Assembly (NCBI RefSeq): GCF_900187275.1
Contig: NZ_LT906458.1
Location: forward strand, 1,650,001-1,682,000
Direction: 5' to 3'
DNA from: Pasteurella multocida
GTDB taxonomy: Bacteria; Pseudomonadota; Gammaproteobacteria; Enterobacterales; Pasteurellaceae
DNA length: 32,000 bases
Shown: piece after piece, positions 1 through 10,557 of the stretch
Numbering within the stretch: position 1 is the first letter of the stretch
Layout: each line of letters begins with the position of its first letter
The notes under the pieces: model-generated
Databases searched by the model: none
The model's input: only the letters and a program-made list of their open reading frames with translations
What the model was told of the DNA's origin: nothing
Position numbers and translations under genes: made by a program

Positions 1-4
1 CAAC

Positions 5-34
5 AAAAATGCCTCTAAAATACTTTAGAGGCAT
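5..34 (-). terminator. Rho-independent terminator downstream of the PTS gene
   Basis: 11-bp perfect stem atgcctctaaa (9-19) / tttagaggcat (24-34) with a 4-nt loop. On the minus strand it is followed by a T-run (plus-strand a5-a9). It lies 20 nt past the PTS stop codon. Confidence 0.7.
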
Positions 35-53
35 GCTATCTTGGACAAGAAAA

Positions 54-1547
54 TTAATCTTCTTTACCTAAAATTTGGTTAACTTCACTTTTGTATAACA
101 CCGCTTTTGCCCCAAAAATCGCTTGAATACCTCCACCAACTTCAAGAACATCAATTGCCCCTAATGCTTTTAAACGTGCTTTATCTACTGCTTTCACGTC
201 TTTGACATTTACACGTAAACGCGTAATACAAGCATCCACATGTTCAATATTTTCAGCCTTGCCTAATGCCTCAATAATGTGATGTGCATTTTCAGTTAAC
301 GAAGAGTTAGTCGATTCAACCACTTCTTCCTGTTCTTCAGCTCTGCCCGGTGTCATCACATCAAATTTCGTAATCAGAAAGCGGAAGCTAAAGTAATATA
401 ACATTGCCCAAAACACACCGACAACGACTACGAGGATCCAGTTTGTGTTTTCATTCCCCTGTAAAATGCCAAATAAAAGGAAATCAATAAAGCCACCCGA
501 GAAAGTATTACCAATCGAAATATTCAAGAAATCGGCAATAAAGAATGAAACACCATCTAAGAAAGCATGGAAAACATACAACCAAGGTGCCACAAATAAG
601 AACATAAATTCGATAGGTTCTGTGATGCCTGTAATAAACGACGTTAAGGCGGCCCCTAAAAACAAACCACCAATCAAACCACGACGTGCTTTAGGTACAC
701 AGTGATACATTGCCAAACAGGCGGCGGGTAAGCCAAACATCATAGTATCGAAACGCCCCGCGAAGAAGCGAGTCCCTTCAGTGAATAACCCTTGATGGTT
801 CGGATCAGCTAATTGTGCAAAAAAGATTTTTTGTGCCCCGATAATGGTTTCACCGTTTACAATTTCCGTTCCCCCTAACTCTGTATACCAAAAGAGCGGA
901 TAAATCATGTGATGTAATCCCACCGCTCCACTCAAACGCATCAAAAAGCCGTAAAAAAACGTCCCAATTGCGCCCATAGAGGCGATACCCTCACCCGCGG
1001 ATACTAGCCAACCTTGGAAAGTTGGCCAAATAAGGAAAAAGAGGAAACCAACAAAAATTGCCGCAAACGCGGTAACAATAGGAACAAATCGCGATCCACC
1101 AAAGAACCCTAGAATTTGGGGTAACTGGATATTATGGTAACGATTATGTAACTTCACGGTTAATAATCCCATCACTAATGATCCAATCACCCCCGTATCA
1201 ATCCCTTTCACTTCTGGCGAAAAAATACTGATTAAGGCATTAATGGTGCCCGTCATGATTAAATAACCGACTACCGCCGCTAATGCAGCGACCCCTTTAT
1301 CACGTTTAGCCAGACCAATGCCTAAACCGATACAAAGTAATAACGCCAGATTAGCAAAAACCACACTGCCTGCGGCAGACATAATTTGGAAAATGCCTTG
1401 TAACACGGGGTTATCTAAAACAGGATAGGCCTGTACCGTCGCTTTATTCGATAATGCACCACCAATCCCTAGTAGCAAACCTGCAGCAGGTAGAATGGCA
1501 ATTGGTAACATGAACGCTTTACCAATTTGTTGAAGCTGCTTAAACAT
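54..1547 (-). CDS. PTS glucose/maltose-family EIICB component (497 aa)
   Basis: Polytopic EIIC-like N-terminal region followed by a C-terminal EIIB domain with the phospho-cysteine motif VDACITRLRV. I moved the start from the track ATG at 1568 to the ATG at 1547 (MFKQLQQIGK...), which sits 6 nt after GAGGAG. Confidence 0.85.
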   Translation of the reverse strand: MFKQLQQIGKAFMLPIAILPAAGLLLGIGGALSNKATVQAYPVLDNPVLQGIFQIMSAAGSVVFANLALLLCIGLGIGLAKRDKGVAALAAVVGYLIMTGTINALISIFSPEVKGIDTGVIGSLVMGLLTVKLHNRYHNIQLPQILGFFGGSRFVPIVTAFAAIFVGFLFFLIWPTFQGWLVSAGEGIASMGAIGTFFYGFLMRLSGAVGLHHMIYPLFWYTELGGTEIVNGETIIGAQKIFFAQLADPNHQGLFTEGTRFFAGRFDTMMFGLPAACLAMYHCVPKARRGLIGGLFLGAALTSFITGITEPIEFMFLFVAPWLYVFHAFLDGVSFFIADFLNISIGNTFSGGFIDFLLFGILQGNENTNWILVVVVGVFWAMLYYFSFRFLITKFDVMTPGRAEEQEEVVESTNSSLTENAHHIIEALGKAENIEHVDACITRLRVNVKDVKAVDKARLKALGAIDVLEVGGGIQAIFGAKAVLYKSEVNQILGKED

Positions 1548-1608
1548 AATGATCTCCTCTTCACACACAATGATTTGTACTAGTTTACCGCGTTTCTTAA
1601 CCTAACAT

Positions 1609-1624
1609 AGTGAAGTTAATCACA
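1609..1624. promoter_or_regulatory. Candidate CRP site upstream of the PTS gene
   Basis: AGTGA-agttaa-TCACA matches 9 of 10 core positions of TGTGA-N6-TCACA. It is centred about 70 nt upstream of the ATG at 1547. Confidence 0.35.
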
Positions 1625-1737
1625 TATTTATGATTTATCTCCTTATTTATCTTTGGAATGCTGCATAGAAGAAAAGAAATGAAATGTTTTTTGCTAACGA
1701 TTTTGTCAAGAAATTTAGTAAAATTTGCAGTAAAATG

Positions 1738-1746
1738 ACCGCACTT
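1738..1746 (-). repeat. Uptake signal sequence (Hin-type USS core)
   Basis: Exact ACCGCACTT, the reverse complement of AAGTGCGGT, in the intergenic region. Confidence 0.8.
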
Positions 1747-1766
1747 TTAACTCGTTTTGGGAAACT

Positions 1767-2630
1767 ATGCCAATTTCTAAACAAAAATGGATTGCCTACG
1801 CACAGCTGATGCGATTTGATAAGCCAATTGGCACTTTACTCTTACTTTGGCCAACCCTTTGGGCATTATTTCTATCCGTCAAAGGCATGCCCGACTTGTC
1901 GATATTAAGTATTTTTGTCTTAGGCGTGATTTTTATGCGTGCCGCGGGTTGTGTGATTAATGATTATGCCGATCGTCATATTGATGGTGCCGTCAAACGC
2001 ACCTCAAAACGACCGTTAGCAACGGGAGCCGCCACACCTGAAGAAGCAAAATGGCTGTTTGTATTACTGGTCTTCTGTTCATTCATATTAGTACTCTTTT
2101 TAAATACTTATGCTATCGTCTTGTCATTTATTGCTGTCTTTTTAGCCTTTATCTACCCCTTTATGAAACGCTACACCCATTTGCCACAACTGTTTTTAGG
2201 CATGGCATTTGGCTGGTCGATTCCCATGGCATATGGCGCCTCGATTGAAGCCTTACCGCTTGAATGCTGGCTGTTATTTTTCGCCAATTTAACGTGGACA
2301 GTCGCCTATGACACGCAATACGCCATGGTAGATCGCGATGATGATTTACGCATTGGGGTAAAATCCACCGCCATTTTATTTGCCCAATATGACAATAAAA
2401 TCATCTCATTATTGCAAATCGTCACGTTATTTTTCTTAGGGCTAATTGGTTATCTTTCCCAGTTACATACCAGCTATTTTGTGGTGCTTTTCCTCGCCAC
2501 TTTGTTATTTGTCTATCAATGCAAGCTCATCAAAGATCGTGAACGAGAATCCTGTTTCAAAGCCTTTTTAAATAACAACTACTTTGGCGCAATGGTATTT
2601 GTGGCGTTTCTCTTTGGTCTTTTTTATTAA
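1767..2630 (+). CDS. ubiA: 4-hydroxybenzoate polyprenyltransferase
   Basis: 287-aa polytopic protein with UbiA prenyltransferase motifs [10 protein letters not shown] and [13 protein letters not shown]. Confidence 0.9.
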   Translation: MPISKQKWIAYAQLMRFDKPIGTLLLLWPTLWALFLSVKGMPDLSILSIFVLGVIFMRAAGCVINDYADRHIDGAVKRTSKRPLATGAATPEEAKWLFVLLVFCSFILVLFLNTYAIVLSFIAVFLAFIYPFMKRYTHLPQLFLGMAFGWSIPMAYGASIEALPLECWLLFFANLTWTVAYDTQYAMVDRDDDLRIGVKSTAILFAQYDNKIISLLQIVTLFFLGLIGYLSQLHTSYFVVLFLATLLFVYQCKLIKDRERESCFKAFLNNNYFGAMVFVAFLFGLFY

Positions 2631-2675
2631 TTTGAAAAGTCGTTTAAGATAACTAAGCGGCTTTTCTCTCTCATG

Positions 2676-2706
2676 CCCTTGATCTTTCCCATTTCATCGC
2701 CATATA
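2676..2706 (+). promoter_or_regulatory. Sigma32-type heat-shock promoter for hslVU
   Basis: CCCTTGATC (-35; consensus CTTGAAA), a 13-nt spacer, then CGCCATAT (-10; consensus CCCCATNT). It lies 36 nt upstream of hslV. hslVU is a classical sigma32 operon. Confidence 0.5.
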
Positions 2707-2741
2707 GTGCCTTATGATTTTGCAATAACAAAGGATACAAA

Positions 2742-3272
2742 ATGACAACGATTGTAAGTGTTCGCCGTAATGGTCAAGTTGTGGTCGGCGGTGATGGTCA
2801 AGTTTCATTAGGCAACACCGTGATGAAAGGCAATGCGCGTAAAGTGCGTCGTTTATATAATGGCAAAGTGTTAGCGGGATTTGCTGGTGGTACGGCGGAC
2901 GCGTTTACGTTATTTGAATTATTTGAACGTAAATTAGAAATGCATCAAGGGCATTTGTTGAAAAGTGCGGTGGAATTAGCTAAAGATTGGCGTACTGACC
3001 GTGCCTTACGTAAGTTAGAAGCGATGTTGATCGTGGCAGATGAAAAAGAAAGTTTAATTATTACGGGGATTGGTGATGTGGTGCAACCTGAAGCAGACCA
3101 GATTTTGGCGATTGGTTCAGGCGGTAATTTTGCGTTATCGGCAGCGCGTGCGTTAGTGGAAAATACAGAGTTATCTGCACGTGAGATTGTGGAAAAATCC
3201 TTAAAAATTGCAGGTGATATCTGCGTTTATACCAATACTCATTTTACCATTGAAGAATTACCTAATAGCTAG
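2742..3272 (+). CDS. hslV: ATP-dependent protease subunit HslV
   Basis: 176 aa. The MTTIVSVRR start gives the catalytic Thr2. The rest is typical HslV sequence, and an AAGGA RBS precedes it. Confidence 0.97.
   Translation: MTTIVSVRRNGQVVVGGDGQVSLGNTVMKGNARKVRRLYNGKVLAGFAGGTADAFTLFELFERKLEMHQGHLLKSAVELAKDWRTDRALRKLEAMLIVADEKESLIITGIGDVVQPEADQILAIGSGGNFALSAARALVENTELSAREIVEKSLKIAGDICVYTNTHFTIEELPNS
2963..2971 (+). repeat. Uptake signal sequence
   Basis: Exact AAGTGCGGT inside hslV. Confidence 0.8.
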
Positions 3273-3287
3273 GTCATAGGAGTAAAC

Positions 3288-4619
3288 ATGTCTGAAATGA
3301 CCCCAAGAGAAATTGTCTCTGAATTGGATCAACATATTATCGGTCAAGCCGATGCGAAAAGGGCGGTGGCGATTGCGTTGCGTAATCGTTGGCGAAGAAT
3401 GCAATTACAAGAGCCACTTCGCCACGAAGTGACACCGAAAAATATTTTAATGATTGGTCCAACAGGGGTAGGGAAAACCGAAATTGCTCGTCGTTTAGCC
3501 AAACTCGCCAATGCGCCTTTTATTAAAGTGGAAGCCACCAAATTTACCGAAGTGGGCTATGTCGGGAAAGAGGTGGATTCGATTATCCGTGATTTAACCG
3601 ACAGCGCGATGAAGCTAGTGCGTCAAACGGAGATTGAAAAAAATCGCTTCCGTGCCGAAGAAGCGGCAGAAGATCGTATTTTAGATGCCTTACTGCCACC
3701 TGCCAAAAATCAGTGGGGACAAGTAGAAGCCTCGGATAACAATAATGCAACTCGCCAAGTCTTCCGCAAAAAATTGCGTGAAGGGCAATTAGACGATAAA
3801 GAAATTGATATTGATGTTGCCGCCCCTTCTATGGGCGTGGAAATTATGGCGCCGCCGGGCATGGAAGAAATGACTAATCAATTGCAATCGATGTTCCAAA
3901 ATCTTTCAAGCGGACAAACCAAAAAACGCAAAATGAAAATTAAAGACGCGTTAAAAACCTTGATTGATGATGAAGCAGCAAAACTGATTAACCCTGAAGA
4001 TCTCAAACAAAAAGCCATTGATGCGGTGGAACAAAACGGGATTGTATTCATTGATGAGATCGACAAAATCTGTAAGAAAGGTGAATACAACTGTGCCGAT
4101 GTCTCGCGTGAAGGGGTGCAGCGTGATTTGCTACCATTAGTGGAAGGCACAACGGTCAGTACTAAGCACGGTATGGTGAAAACCGACCATATTCTCTTTA
4201 TTGCTTCGGGTGCATTCCAAGTGGCTCGCCCTTCGGATTTAATCCCTGAATTGCAAGGACGCTTACCAATTCGGGTGGAATTATCTGCCTTAAGTGCGGT
4301 GGATTTTGAAAGAATTTTAACCGAACCTAATGCTTCATTAACAGAACAATACAAAGCCTTGATGGCAACAGAAGGGGTGAACATTGAGTTTACTGGCGAA
4401 TCAATTAAGAAAATTGCCGAAGCAGCATTCCGCGTTAATGAGAAAACCGAAAATATCGGTGCGCGCCGTTTACACACGGTGATGGAGCGCTTAATGGATA
4501 AAATTTCCTTTAATGCCAGTGACATGCAAGGTCAAGTGGTACGCATTGATGAAGCTTATGTGATGGATGCACTAGGCGATGTAGTAGAAAACGAAGATTT
4601 AAGCCGTTTCATTTTATAA
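3288..4619 (+). CDS. hslU: ATP-dependent protease ATPase subunit HslU
   Basis: 443 aa with Walker [16 protein letters not shown] and Walker B FIDEIDK. An AGGAG RBS precedes it, and the start is 16 nt after the hslV stop. Confidence 0.97.
   Translation: MSEMTPREIVSELDQHIIGQADAKRAVAIALRNRWRRMQLQEPLRHEVTPKNILMIGPTGVGKTEIARRLAKLANAPFIKVEATKFTEVGYVGKEVDSIIRDLTDSAMKLVRQTEIEKNRFRAEEAAEDRILDALLPPAKNQWGQVEASDNNNATRQVFRKKLREGQLDDKEIDIDVAAPSMGVEIMAPPGMEEMTNQLQSMFQNLSSGQTKKRKMKIKDALKTLIDDEAAKLINPEDLKQKAIDAVEQNGIVFIDEIDKICKKGEYNCADVSREGVQRDLLPLVEGTTVSTKHGMVKTDHILFIASGAFQVARPSDLIPELQGRLPIRVELSALSAVDFERILTEPNASLTEQYKALMATEGVNIEFTGESIKKIAEAAFRVNEKTENIGARRLHTVMERLMDKISFNASDMQGQVVRIDEAYVMDALGDVVENEDLSRFIL
4292..4300 (+). 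repeat. Uptake signal sequence
   Basis: Exact AAGTGCGGT inside hslU. Confidence 0.8.
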
Positions 4620-4633
4620 TCTTGCTTAACGTA

Positions 4634-4675
4634 AAACCGCACTTTATTTGAATCAATAAAGTGCGGTTTGTTTTT
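4634..4675. terminator. Inverted USS pair forming a terminator hairpin between the convergent genes hslU and coaA
   Basis: 14-bp perfect stem aaaccgcactttat (4634-4647) / ataaagtgcggttt (4656-4669) with an 8-nt loop, then gttttt. Each arm contains a perfect USS core (4636-4644 on minus, 4659-4667 on plus). Confidence 0.8.
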
Positions 4676-4699
4676 GTATGATTTCAATAGAAAGCAGAA

Positions 4700-5650
4700 C
4701 TATTTACGTAATTTCACCAACTCTACGGCATGATCTGTGCCTTTGGTCAGAATTAAATTGGCACGTTCTCTTGTCGGTAAAATATTTTCTCTTAAATTTA
4801 ACCCGTTAATTTCATCCCAAATCCGCCCTGCCGTACTGATCGCTTCAGGTTCTGATAAAGTAGCATAATGTTTAAAATACGAATTCGGATCGCTAAATGC
4901 GCTTTGACGGAATTTCAAAAAACGGCTGATATACCACGCTTTTAAGAGATCTTCATCTGCATCCACATAAATAGAAAAATCAACAAAATCAGAAACGAAA
5001 GTTTGACTAGAACGATCGCCTGTTTGTAGGACATTTAAGCCTTCTAAAATGAGAATATCAGGTTGATCCACCACATCAAATTGATCCGGTACGATATCAT
5101 AAATTAAATGGGAATAAACAGGCGCACTCACTTTTGGTTTACCTGATTTAATATCAGCTAAAAAACGCACTAAACGCGCCGTATCGTAAGAAACTGGAAA
5201 ACCTTTTTTATGTAAAAGATTGTCTTGTTGCAACTTAGCCAACGGATATAAAAAACCATCTGTCGTGATCAAATCCACTTTACGACGTTCTGGCCATTGG
5301 GAAAGTAACGATTGCAGAATACGTGCTGAAGTGCTTTTTCCGACGGCAACACTCCCTGCAATACTAATAATATAAGGTACTTTGTCAGGGTTGACGCCTA
5401 AAAAGCGATTCATCACTTGCTGACGCTGGATACGTTCTTCGATGTAATAATTAATTAAACGTACTAACGGCAAATAAATAGTTCGCACTTCATCTAAAGA
5501 AAGTTCTTCATTAATCCCAAGCAGGGGTTTTAAATCCTGTTCAGTTAAGGTTAACGGTACAGACTTTCTTAATTCAGCCCACTGCTCGCGGCTAAAAGAT
5601 AAAAAAGGGGTTAATTGATTTGATAAAAAAGTTGAATTTGTTAAGTCCAC
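4700..5650 (-). CDS. coaA: Type I pantothenate kinase
   Basis: 316 aa, collinear with E. coli CoaA, with P-loop [12 protein letters not shown] and C-terminal [15 protein letters not shown]. The track start is a GTG without a clear RBS, so the start is less certain than the rest of the call. Confidence 0.9.
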   Translation of the reverse strand: MDLTNSTFLSNQLTPFLSFSREQWAELRKSVPLTLTEQDLKPLLGINEELSLDEVRTIYLPLVRLINYYIEERIQRQQVMNRFLGVNPDKVPYIISIAGSVAVGKSTSARILQSLLSQWPERRKVDLITTDGFLYPLAKLQQDNLLHKKGFPVSYDTARLVRFLADIKSGKPKVSAPVYSHLIYDIVPDQFDVVDQPDILILEGLNVLQTGDRSSQTFVSDFVDFSIYVDADEDLLKAWYISRFLKFRQSAFSDPNSYFKHYATLSEPEAISTAGRIWDEINGLNLRENILPTRERANLILTKGTDHAVELVKLRK

Positions 5651-5819
5651 AATCTGTTTAAGTTGTCACGTTGCAATAAATTGAGTATGAAATATACCCT
5701 ATAAATAGGTAAAAAAGGATAAAAATTTTACAAAACTGGCTACTTTATAAGAAAAGATGGGCTTTTTGAGTGATAAATAGACGAACAAGTAAAAAAATCA
5801 TTTTTTTTCAAAAAAACAC

Positions 5820-5847
5820 TTGTCAGCGATGAAAATTTCCCTATAAT
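5820..5847 (+). promoter_or_regulatory. Sigma70 promoter of the tRNA-tuf operon
   Basis: TTGTCA (5820-5825), a 16-nt spacer, then TATAAT (5842-5847). An A/T-rich UP-like tract lies upstream and a GC-rich discriminator (cgcctcac) lies downstream. It sits about 23 nt before the first tRNA. Confidence 0.65.
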
Positions 5848-5869
5848 ACGCCTCACTTGCTTACGAGAT

Positions 5870-5945
<76 letters not shown>

Positions 5946-5974
5946 TTCATTCTCGGCAAGTGTTCATTTAACGC

Positions 5975-6059
5975 GGAGGGATTCCCGAGCGGCCAAAGGG
6001 AGCAGACTGTAAATCTGCCGGCTCAGCCTTCGAAGGTTCGAATCCTTCTCCCTCCACCA
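5975..6059 (+). tRNA. tyrU: tRNA-Tyr (anticodon GTA)
   Basis: 85 nt with a long variable arm and anticodon loop ctGTAaa. It is nearly identical in layout to E. coli tRNA-Tyr, with encoded CCA. Confidence 0.95.
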
Positions 6060-6105
6060 TTTTTTAAATGAAACTAGTTCTGATGGGTCAGATGAATTTA
6101 GGACT

Positions 6106-6180
<75 letters not shown>

Positions 6181-6183
6181 AAC

Positions 6184-6259
6184 GCTGATATAGCTCAGTT
6201 GGTAGAGCGCACCCTTGGTAAGGGTGAGGTCGGCGGTTCAAATCCGCCTATCAGCACCA
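6184..6259 (+). tRNA. thrT: tRNA-Thr (anticodon GGT)
   Basis: 76 nt with anticodon loop ttGGTaa and encoded CCA. It starts 3 nt after tRNA-Gly. Confidence 0.95.
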
Positions 6260-6331
6260 GTCCTAGTATTTCCTTTCTGTCCTGTCCTTAATTAACAGCA
6301 AATTTGAATTTTGGTTAATGTGGTATATTGA

Positions 6332-7552
<1,221 letters not shown>

Positions 7553-7572
7553 TTTGGCTTAACATGCGAAAG

Positions 7573-7600
7573 AAGGCGTATCGAAAGATACGCCTTTTGT
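7573..7600 (+). terminator. Rho-independent terminator of tuf
   Basis: Stem aaggcgtatc (7573-7582) / gatacgcctt (7587-7596) with a GAAA loop, followed by TTTT. Confidence 0.8.
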
Positions 7601-7674
7601 GTTTATCAAACACTTAACTTAAAAAGTAAAGAGATAAAAAGGCAAGGTTGATCCTCACCTTTTCACATAGCTGA

Positions 7675-9015
7675 TTATTTGGTTAAACGTTGATTAAGCA
7701 ACCACATAATCGCTTCAGGACTGTTAAACACCGCATCCCACGTGTTATGTGGATTGTTATTCACAATGCCATTATCTCCGGCTTGTTGCATCGTAAATTC
7801 AGTATATTTCACCTTGTCTGACTTCACTTCATCTTTCAAAATCGCATAATTGATGCGCGAACCTGCAACCGGCGAAACCTTATCTTCGATACTGTGGAAA
7901 AACCAAATTGGGGTATTTTTCAATGCCGATAAATGTTGTACGGACGCATTACCCTCTATCCATTCAAGCGTATTAGCCTCACGTCCACTCATTAATAACG
8001 CTCCCGCAAAAAAGTGCGGTCGTTTTTGTAATAAATATAATCCCCCTTCTGCCCCACGCGAGAGCCCAATAACATAGATCCGCTGTGTATCAATATTTGG
8101 GTGGCTAGCAATCACATCATCTAACAGCTTGAAAAGGAGTTGGTGACGATTGTCGGTTTGCCAATGGATACCGGTCTTATCGAAAGCATCAAAAACCGCA
8201 TCGTACTGAGGTGCCAAAACAAAACCGTCCTCATAAAGTAATGTGGCAATCGCACCTTTACTAGATAATAAATGTGCTAAATTATCTTTTCCTACCTGTC
8301 CAGAACCATGTAAAAATAAGGTTAATGGGTATTTTTTCCCGCTATCGACCGCGGGTTGATAAAAACGATATAAAAGTTGATTATCTTGCTGTGTATGCCA
8401 AACCCGATGCGCTGAGAAGTGATCTAGATAAGCGATGTTGATCTTTTCTTGCACTGCCGGTTGCTTAATTTCACTCGGCATCAGGGTTGTGCCATTGGTC
8501 AACTTTAACAAACCGGTTTGTTTAATACTGTATATTAATTTGTCACCATAAAACTCCGGCACACGATTTGCCTGCACCTTTTCGACTTCAATCATTTGCC
8601 CCGTTTTATCTTTTGCCTTAAATTTCATTGCCTGATTATTTTCCACTTTCAAAGCATAAAAATCGGCATTTTTATCACGTTCATCGAGTTCAAGGATCAC
8701 AAATTTTCCTGCTTGTGGGCGATGTGTTCGACTTGGTTGATTATTAACATAAGCCTTCAAGAGTGTTCTTGGTTCACTCGTGGTTTGCTCAAGTGCGGTC
8801 TGAATTTGATAAAGTTGACGTAGATCGGTGCCCGCCAAAATATTCGCCTCATATTCCAATGCAATCCCTGTAATCTTCGCCCCTTTTTCAGTGACATCAG
8901 CCAATAATGTTGCTTGGATCGCTTGTGGTGGCTTTGCTACATCTGGTATTTGTGTCGTTGCCATACTGACGAATGGAAAACTGACACAAGCTAAGATCAA
9001 AATTTGTCTTAACAT
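7675..9015 (-). CDS. Secreted two-domain alpha/beta hydrolase (esterase/peptidase-like); substrate unknown
   Basis: 446 aa. The N-terminal signal peptide is MLRQILILACVSFPFVSMA. An uncharacterised region of about 200 aa follows. The C-terminal alpha/beta-hydrolase fold has LFLHGSGQVGKDN (oxyanion region), nucleophile elbow GLSRG, and later SIEDKV and PHNTW as candidate Asp and His. RBS AGGGAGAG lies 5 nt before the ATG. Confidence 0.7.
   Translation of the reverse strand: MLRQILILACVSFPFVSMATTQIPDVAKPPQAIQATLLADVTEKGAKITGIALEYEANILAGTDLRQLYQIQTALEQTTSEPRTLLKAYVNNQPSRTHRPQAGKFVILELDERDKNADFYALKVENNQAMKFKAKDKTGQMIEVEKVQANRVPEFYGDKLIYSIKQTGLLKLTNGTTLMPSEIKQPAVQEKINIAYLDHFSAHRVWHTQQDNQLLYRFYQPAVDSGKKYPLTLFLHGSGQVGKDNLAHLLSSKGAIATLLYEDGFVLAPQYDAVFDAFDKTGIHWQTDNRHQLLFKLLDDVIASHPNIDTQRIYVIGLSRGAEGGLYLLQKRPHFFAGALLMSGREANTLEWIEGNASVQHLSALKNTPIWFFHSIEDKVSPVAGSRINYAILKDEVKSDKVKYTEFTMQQAGDNGIVNNNPHNTWDAVFNSPEAIMWLLNQRLTK
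8012..8020 (+). repeat. Uptake signal sequence
   Basis: Exact AAGTGCGGT. Confidence 0.8.
8791..8799 (+). repeat. Uptake signal sequence
   Basis: Exact AAGTGCGGT. Confidence 0.8.
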
Positions 9016-9028
9016 AATTTCTCTCCCT

Positions 9029-9066
9029 AAAAAAATAGCAACAAGCCCTCCTCGCCTTGTTGCTAT
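9029..9066 (-). terminator. Rho-independent terminator after gntP
   Basis: 11-bp perfect stem atagcaacaag (9035-9045) / cttgttgctat (9056-9066) with a 10-nt loop. On the minus strand a T7 run follows (plus-strand a9029-a9035). The T-run abuts the esterase RBS. Confidence 0.7.
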
Positions 9067-9079
9067 CTTTGTTTAACCC

Positions 9080-10546
9080 TTAGAGTTTTTTACTCTGTAA
9101 ATTGACATAAAGCAGAATTCCCGCCAACACACCGAGCGGTAACACCAAGTCTGTAATCGAACCATCATTGCCCCAAACTAAGTTCGCCAAAATCACTGAG
9201 CTACCACCAATTGCCCATGCGATTGTCGTTGGTACAGACCAAACAATCATTTGTTTCTTCACATCATTAATGCCCATCATGCGGTTCACGACCCAGAACA
9301 AGCTGTCATTAAAATAACCGAAGAACAAGGAGCCCATAGTCGCAGCCTGTGCCGCGAGTAACATATTCACCCCCGGAATCTGTGCTAGAATTGGCGCAGA
9401 AATCGAAGCCGCAGTGATCATAGCTACCGTACCTGAGCCCTGAATAAAGCGTACTAATGTTGAAACAATAAACGGAATCAAGATAGGTGAAATAGGTAAG
9501 GCAGCAACTTGTTCTGCCAATTCTTTACCCGCTCCACTATCACGTAATACCGCACCGAGCGCACCACCAGCACCCGTTACTAATAAAATAATGCCCGCCG
9601 TTTTTACCCCTTCTTCTAAATGCAGTGCTGTCGTGGTTTTATCGGCTTTAGGCAATAATGTGTACACAGCGACTAACACACTGATTGCAAGAGCAATCAT
9701 CGGATGACCAATAAAGTTAAACACTTGGTATAGGGTGTTTTGTGCAAGTTCAGGAGTGTTTTTAGCCAGTAAACCTAAAATGGCTTTAATGAAAATAAGC
9801 GCAATCGGTAAAACAATCGGTAATAATGATAAACCTAAACTTGGTAAGTTTTTCTTCTCACGGCTTTCAATATAATCATCATACTTTTGTTTTAATTCTT
9901 CTTGACTAAACACTTCCTGATTAAAGGTTGGATACTTTTTGTCTAACCATTTAGCATACAGCACCATCCCAACTACAGGTAAAACGGCCAACGACATCCC
10001 GACTAATAACATTGCCCCAATATCAACATTAAATAAGCCGGCTACACCTAATGGACCGGGTGTTGGAGGAACAGTATGGTGCGTAACAACTAAGCCACCT
10101 GCTAATGCTACCCCTAAAGTCAATAAAGAACGTTTCCCATTTTTAGCTAACGCTTTTGCTACTGGATACAAAATCACAAAGGCTGAATCCACAAAGATTG
10201 GAATACTCACAATATAGCCAGTAATAGCCAATGCCCATTCTTCCTTCTTCTTGCCTAAAAACTTAATAAAGCTATAAGCCATTTTCTCTGCGGCACCCGA
10301 AACCTCAAGGATACTTCCCATCATGACACCGAGTCCAATTACAATACCAATCCCCCCTAACGTGCCTCCAAAGCCTTTGGTAATTGCACCCAGTGTTTGG
10401 TCAACATTCATCCCACCAATAAGCCCTGCTATCGCTGCCGCAATTAACATGGCAATAAAAGCATGAACGCGCGTTCTTAACACTAAAAAGACGAGCACAA
10501 AAACGGCCACTAATAAGCCGATTATTGGAATAGGTAATCCAAACAT
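9080..10546 (-). CDS. GntP-family acid-sugar permease (probable tetronate transporter)
   Basis: 488-aa polytopic protein with a typical gluconate:H+ symporter-family sequence. A GGGAGG RBS precedes it, and the start is 11 nt after the denD stop. Confidence 0.85.
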   Translation of the reverse strand: MFGLPIPIIGLLVAVFVLVFLVLRTRVHAFIAMLIAAAIAGLIGGMNVDQTLGAITKGFGGTLGGIGIVIGLGVMMGSILEVSGAAEKMAYSFIKFLGKKKEEWALAITGYIVSIPIFVDSAFVILYPVAKALAKNGKRSLLTLGVALAGGLVVTHHTVPPTPGPLGVAGLFNVDIGAMLLVGMSLAVLPVVGMVLYAKWLDKKYPTFNQEVFSQEELKQKYDDYIESREKKNLPSLGLSLLPIVLPIALIFIKAILGLLAKNTPELAQNTLYQVFNFIGHPMIALAISVLVAVYTLLPKADKTTTALHLEEGVKTAGIILLVTGAGGALGAVLRDSGAGKELAEQVAALPISPILIPFIVSTLVRFIQGSGTVAMITAASISAPILAQIPGVNMLLAAQAATMGSLFFGYFNDSLFWVVNRMMGINDVKKQMIVWSVPTTIAWAIGGSSVILANLVWGNDGSITDLVLPLGVLAGILLYVNLQSKKL

Positions 10547-10557
10547 AACGCCTCCCG

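Noticed and set aside
1548-1568. N-terminal extensions implied by the longest-ORF track starts: 1548-1568 PTS, 13444-13461 membrane hydrolase, 16790-16795 otnK, 17698-17709 ltnD, 20192-20233 pepD, 20332-20349 gpt, 22071-22082 uxuA, 24327-24413 dctP.
   Set aside because: In each case an internal ATG has a well-spaced Shine-Dalgarno sequence (GAGGAG, AAGGAG or GGAGGA). It also reproduces the N-terminus or length of well-known orthologues, for example Uxu[11 protein letters not shown] and Gpt MSEKY.VTWDM.
3878-4525. 215-aa ORF antisense to hslU, the longest unexplained ORF in the track.
   Set aside because: It lies entirely inside the strongly conserved hslU frame. It has no RBS and a Ser/Ile/Cys-rich composition typical of a shadow frame. 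I apply the same reasoning to the other antisense ORFs inside known genes: 445-705, 2051-2248, 3344-3541, 6759-7028, 7850-8077, 8596-8823, 9939-10217, 12607-12807, 15002-15202, 15916-16098, 16614-16829, 16820-17002, 18331-18552, 19227-19535, 19689-19898, 21746-22003, 25330-25542, 25979-26287, 28440-28634, 29055-29261 and the 30399-31962 set.
8986-9015. Possible lipoprotein signal (ILAC, Cys at residue 10) in the secreted esterase.
   Set aside because: The hydrophobic segment before the Cys is only about 6 residues, and Leu at -2 is atypical for a lipobox. A Sec-type signal cleaved after VSMA fits better. This remains unresolved without a predictor.
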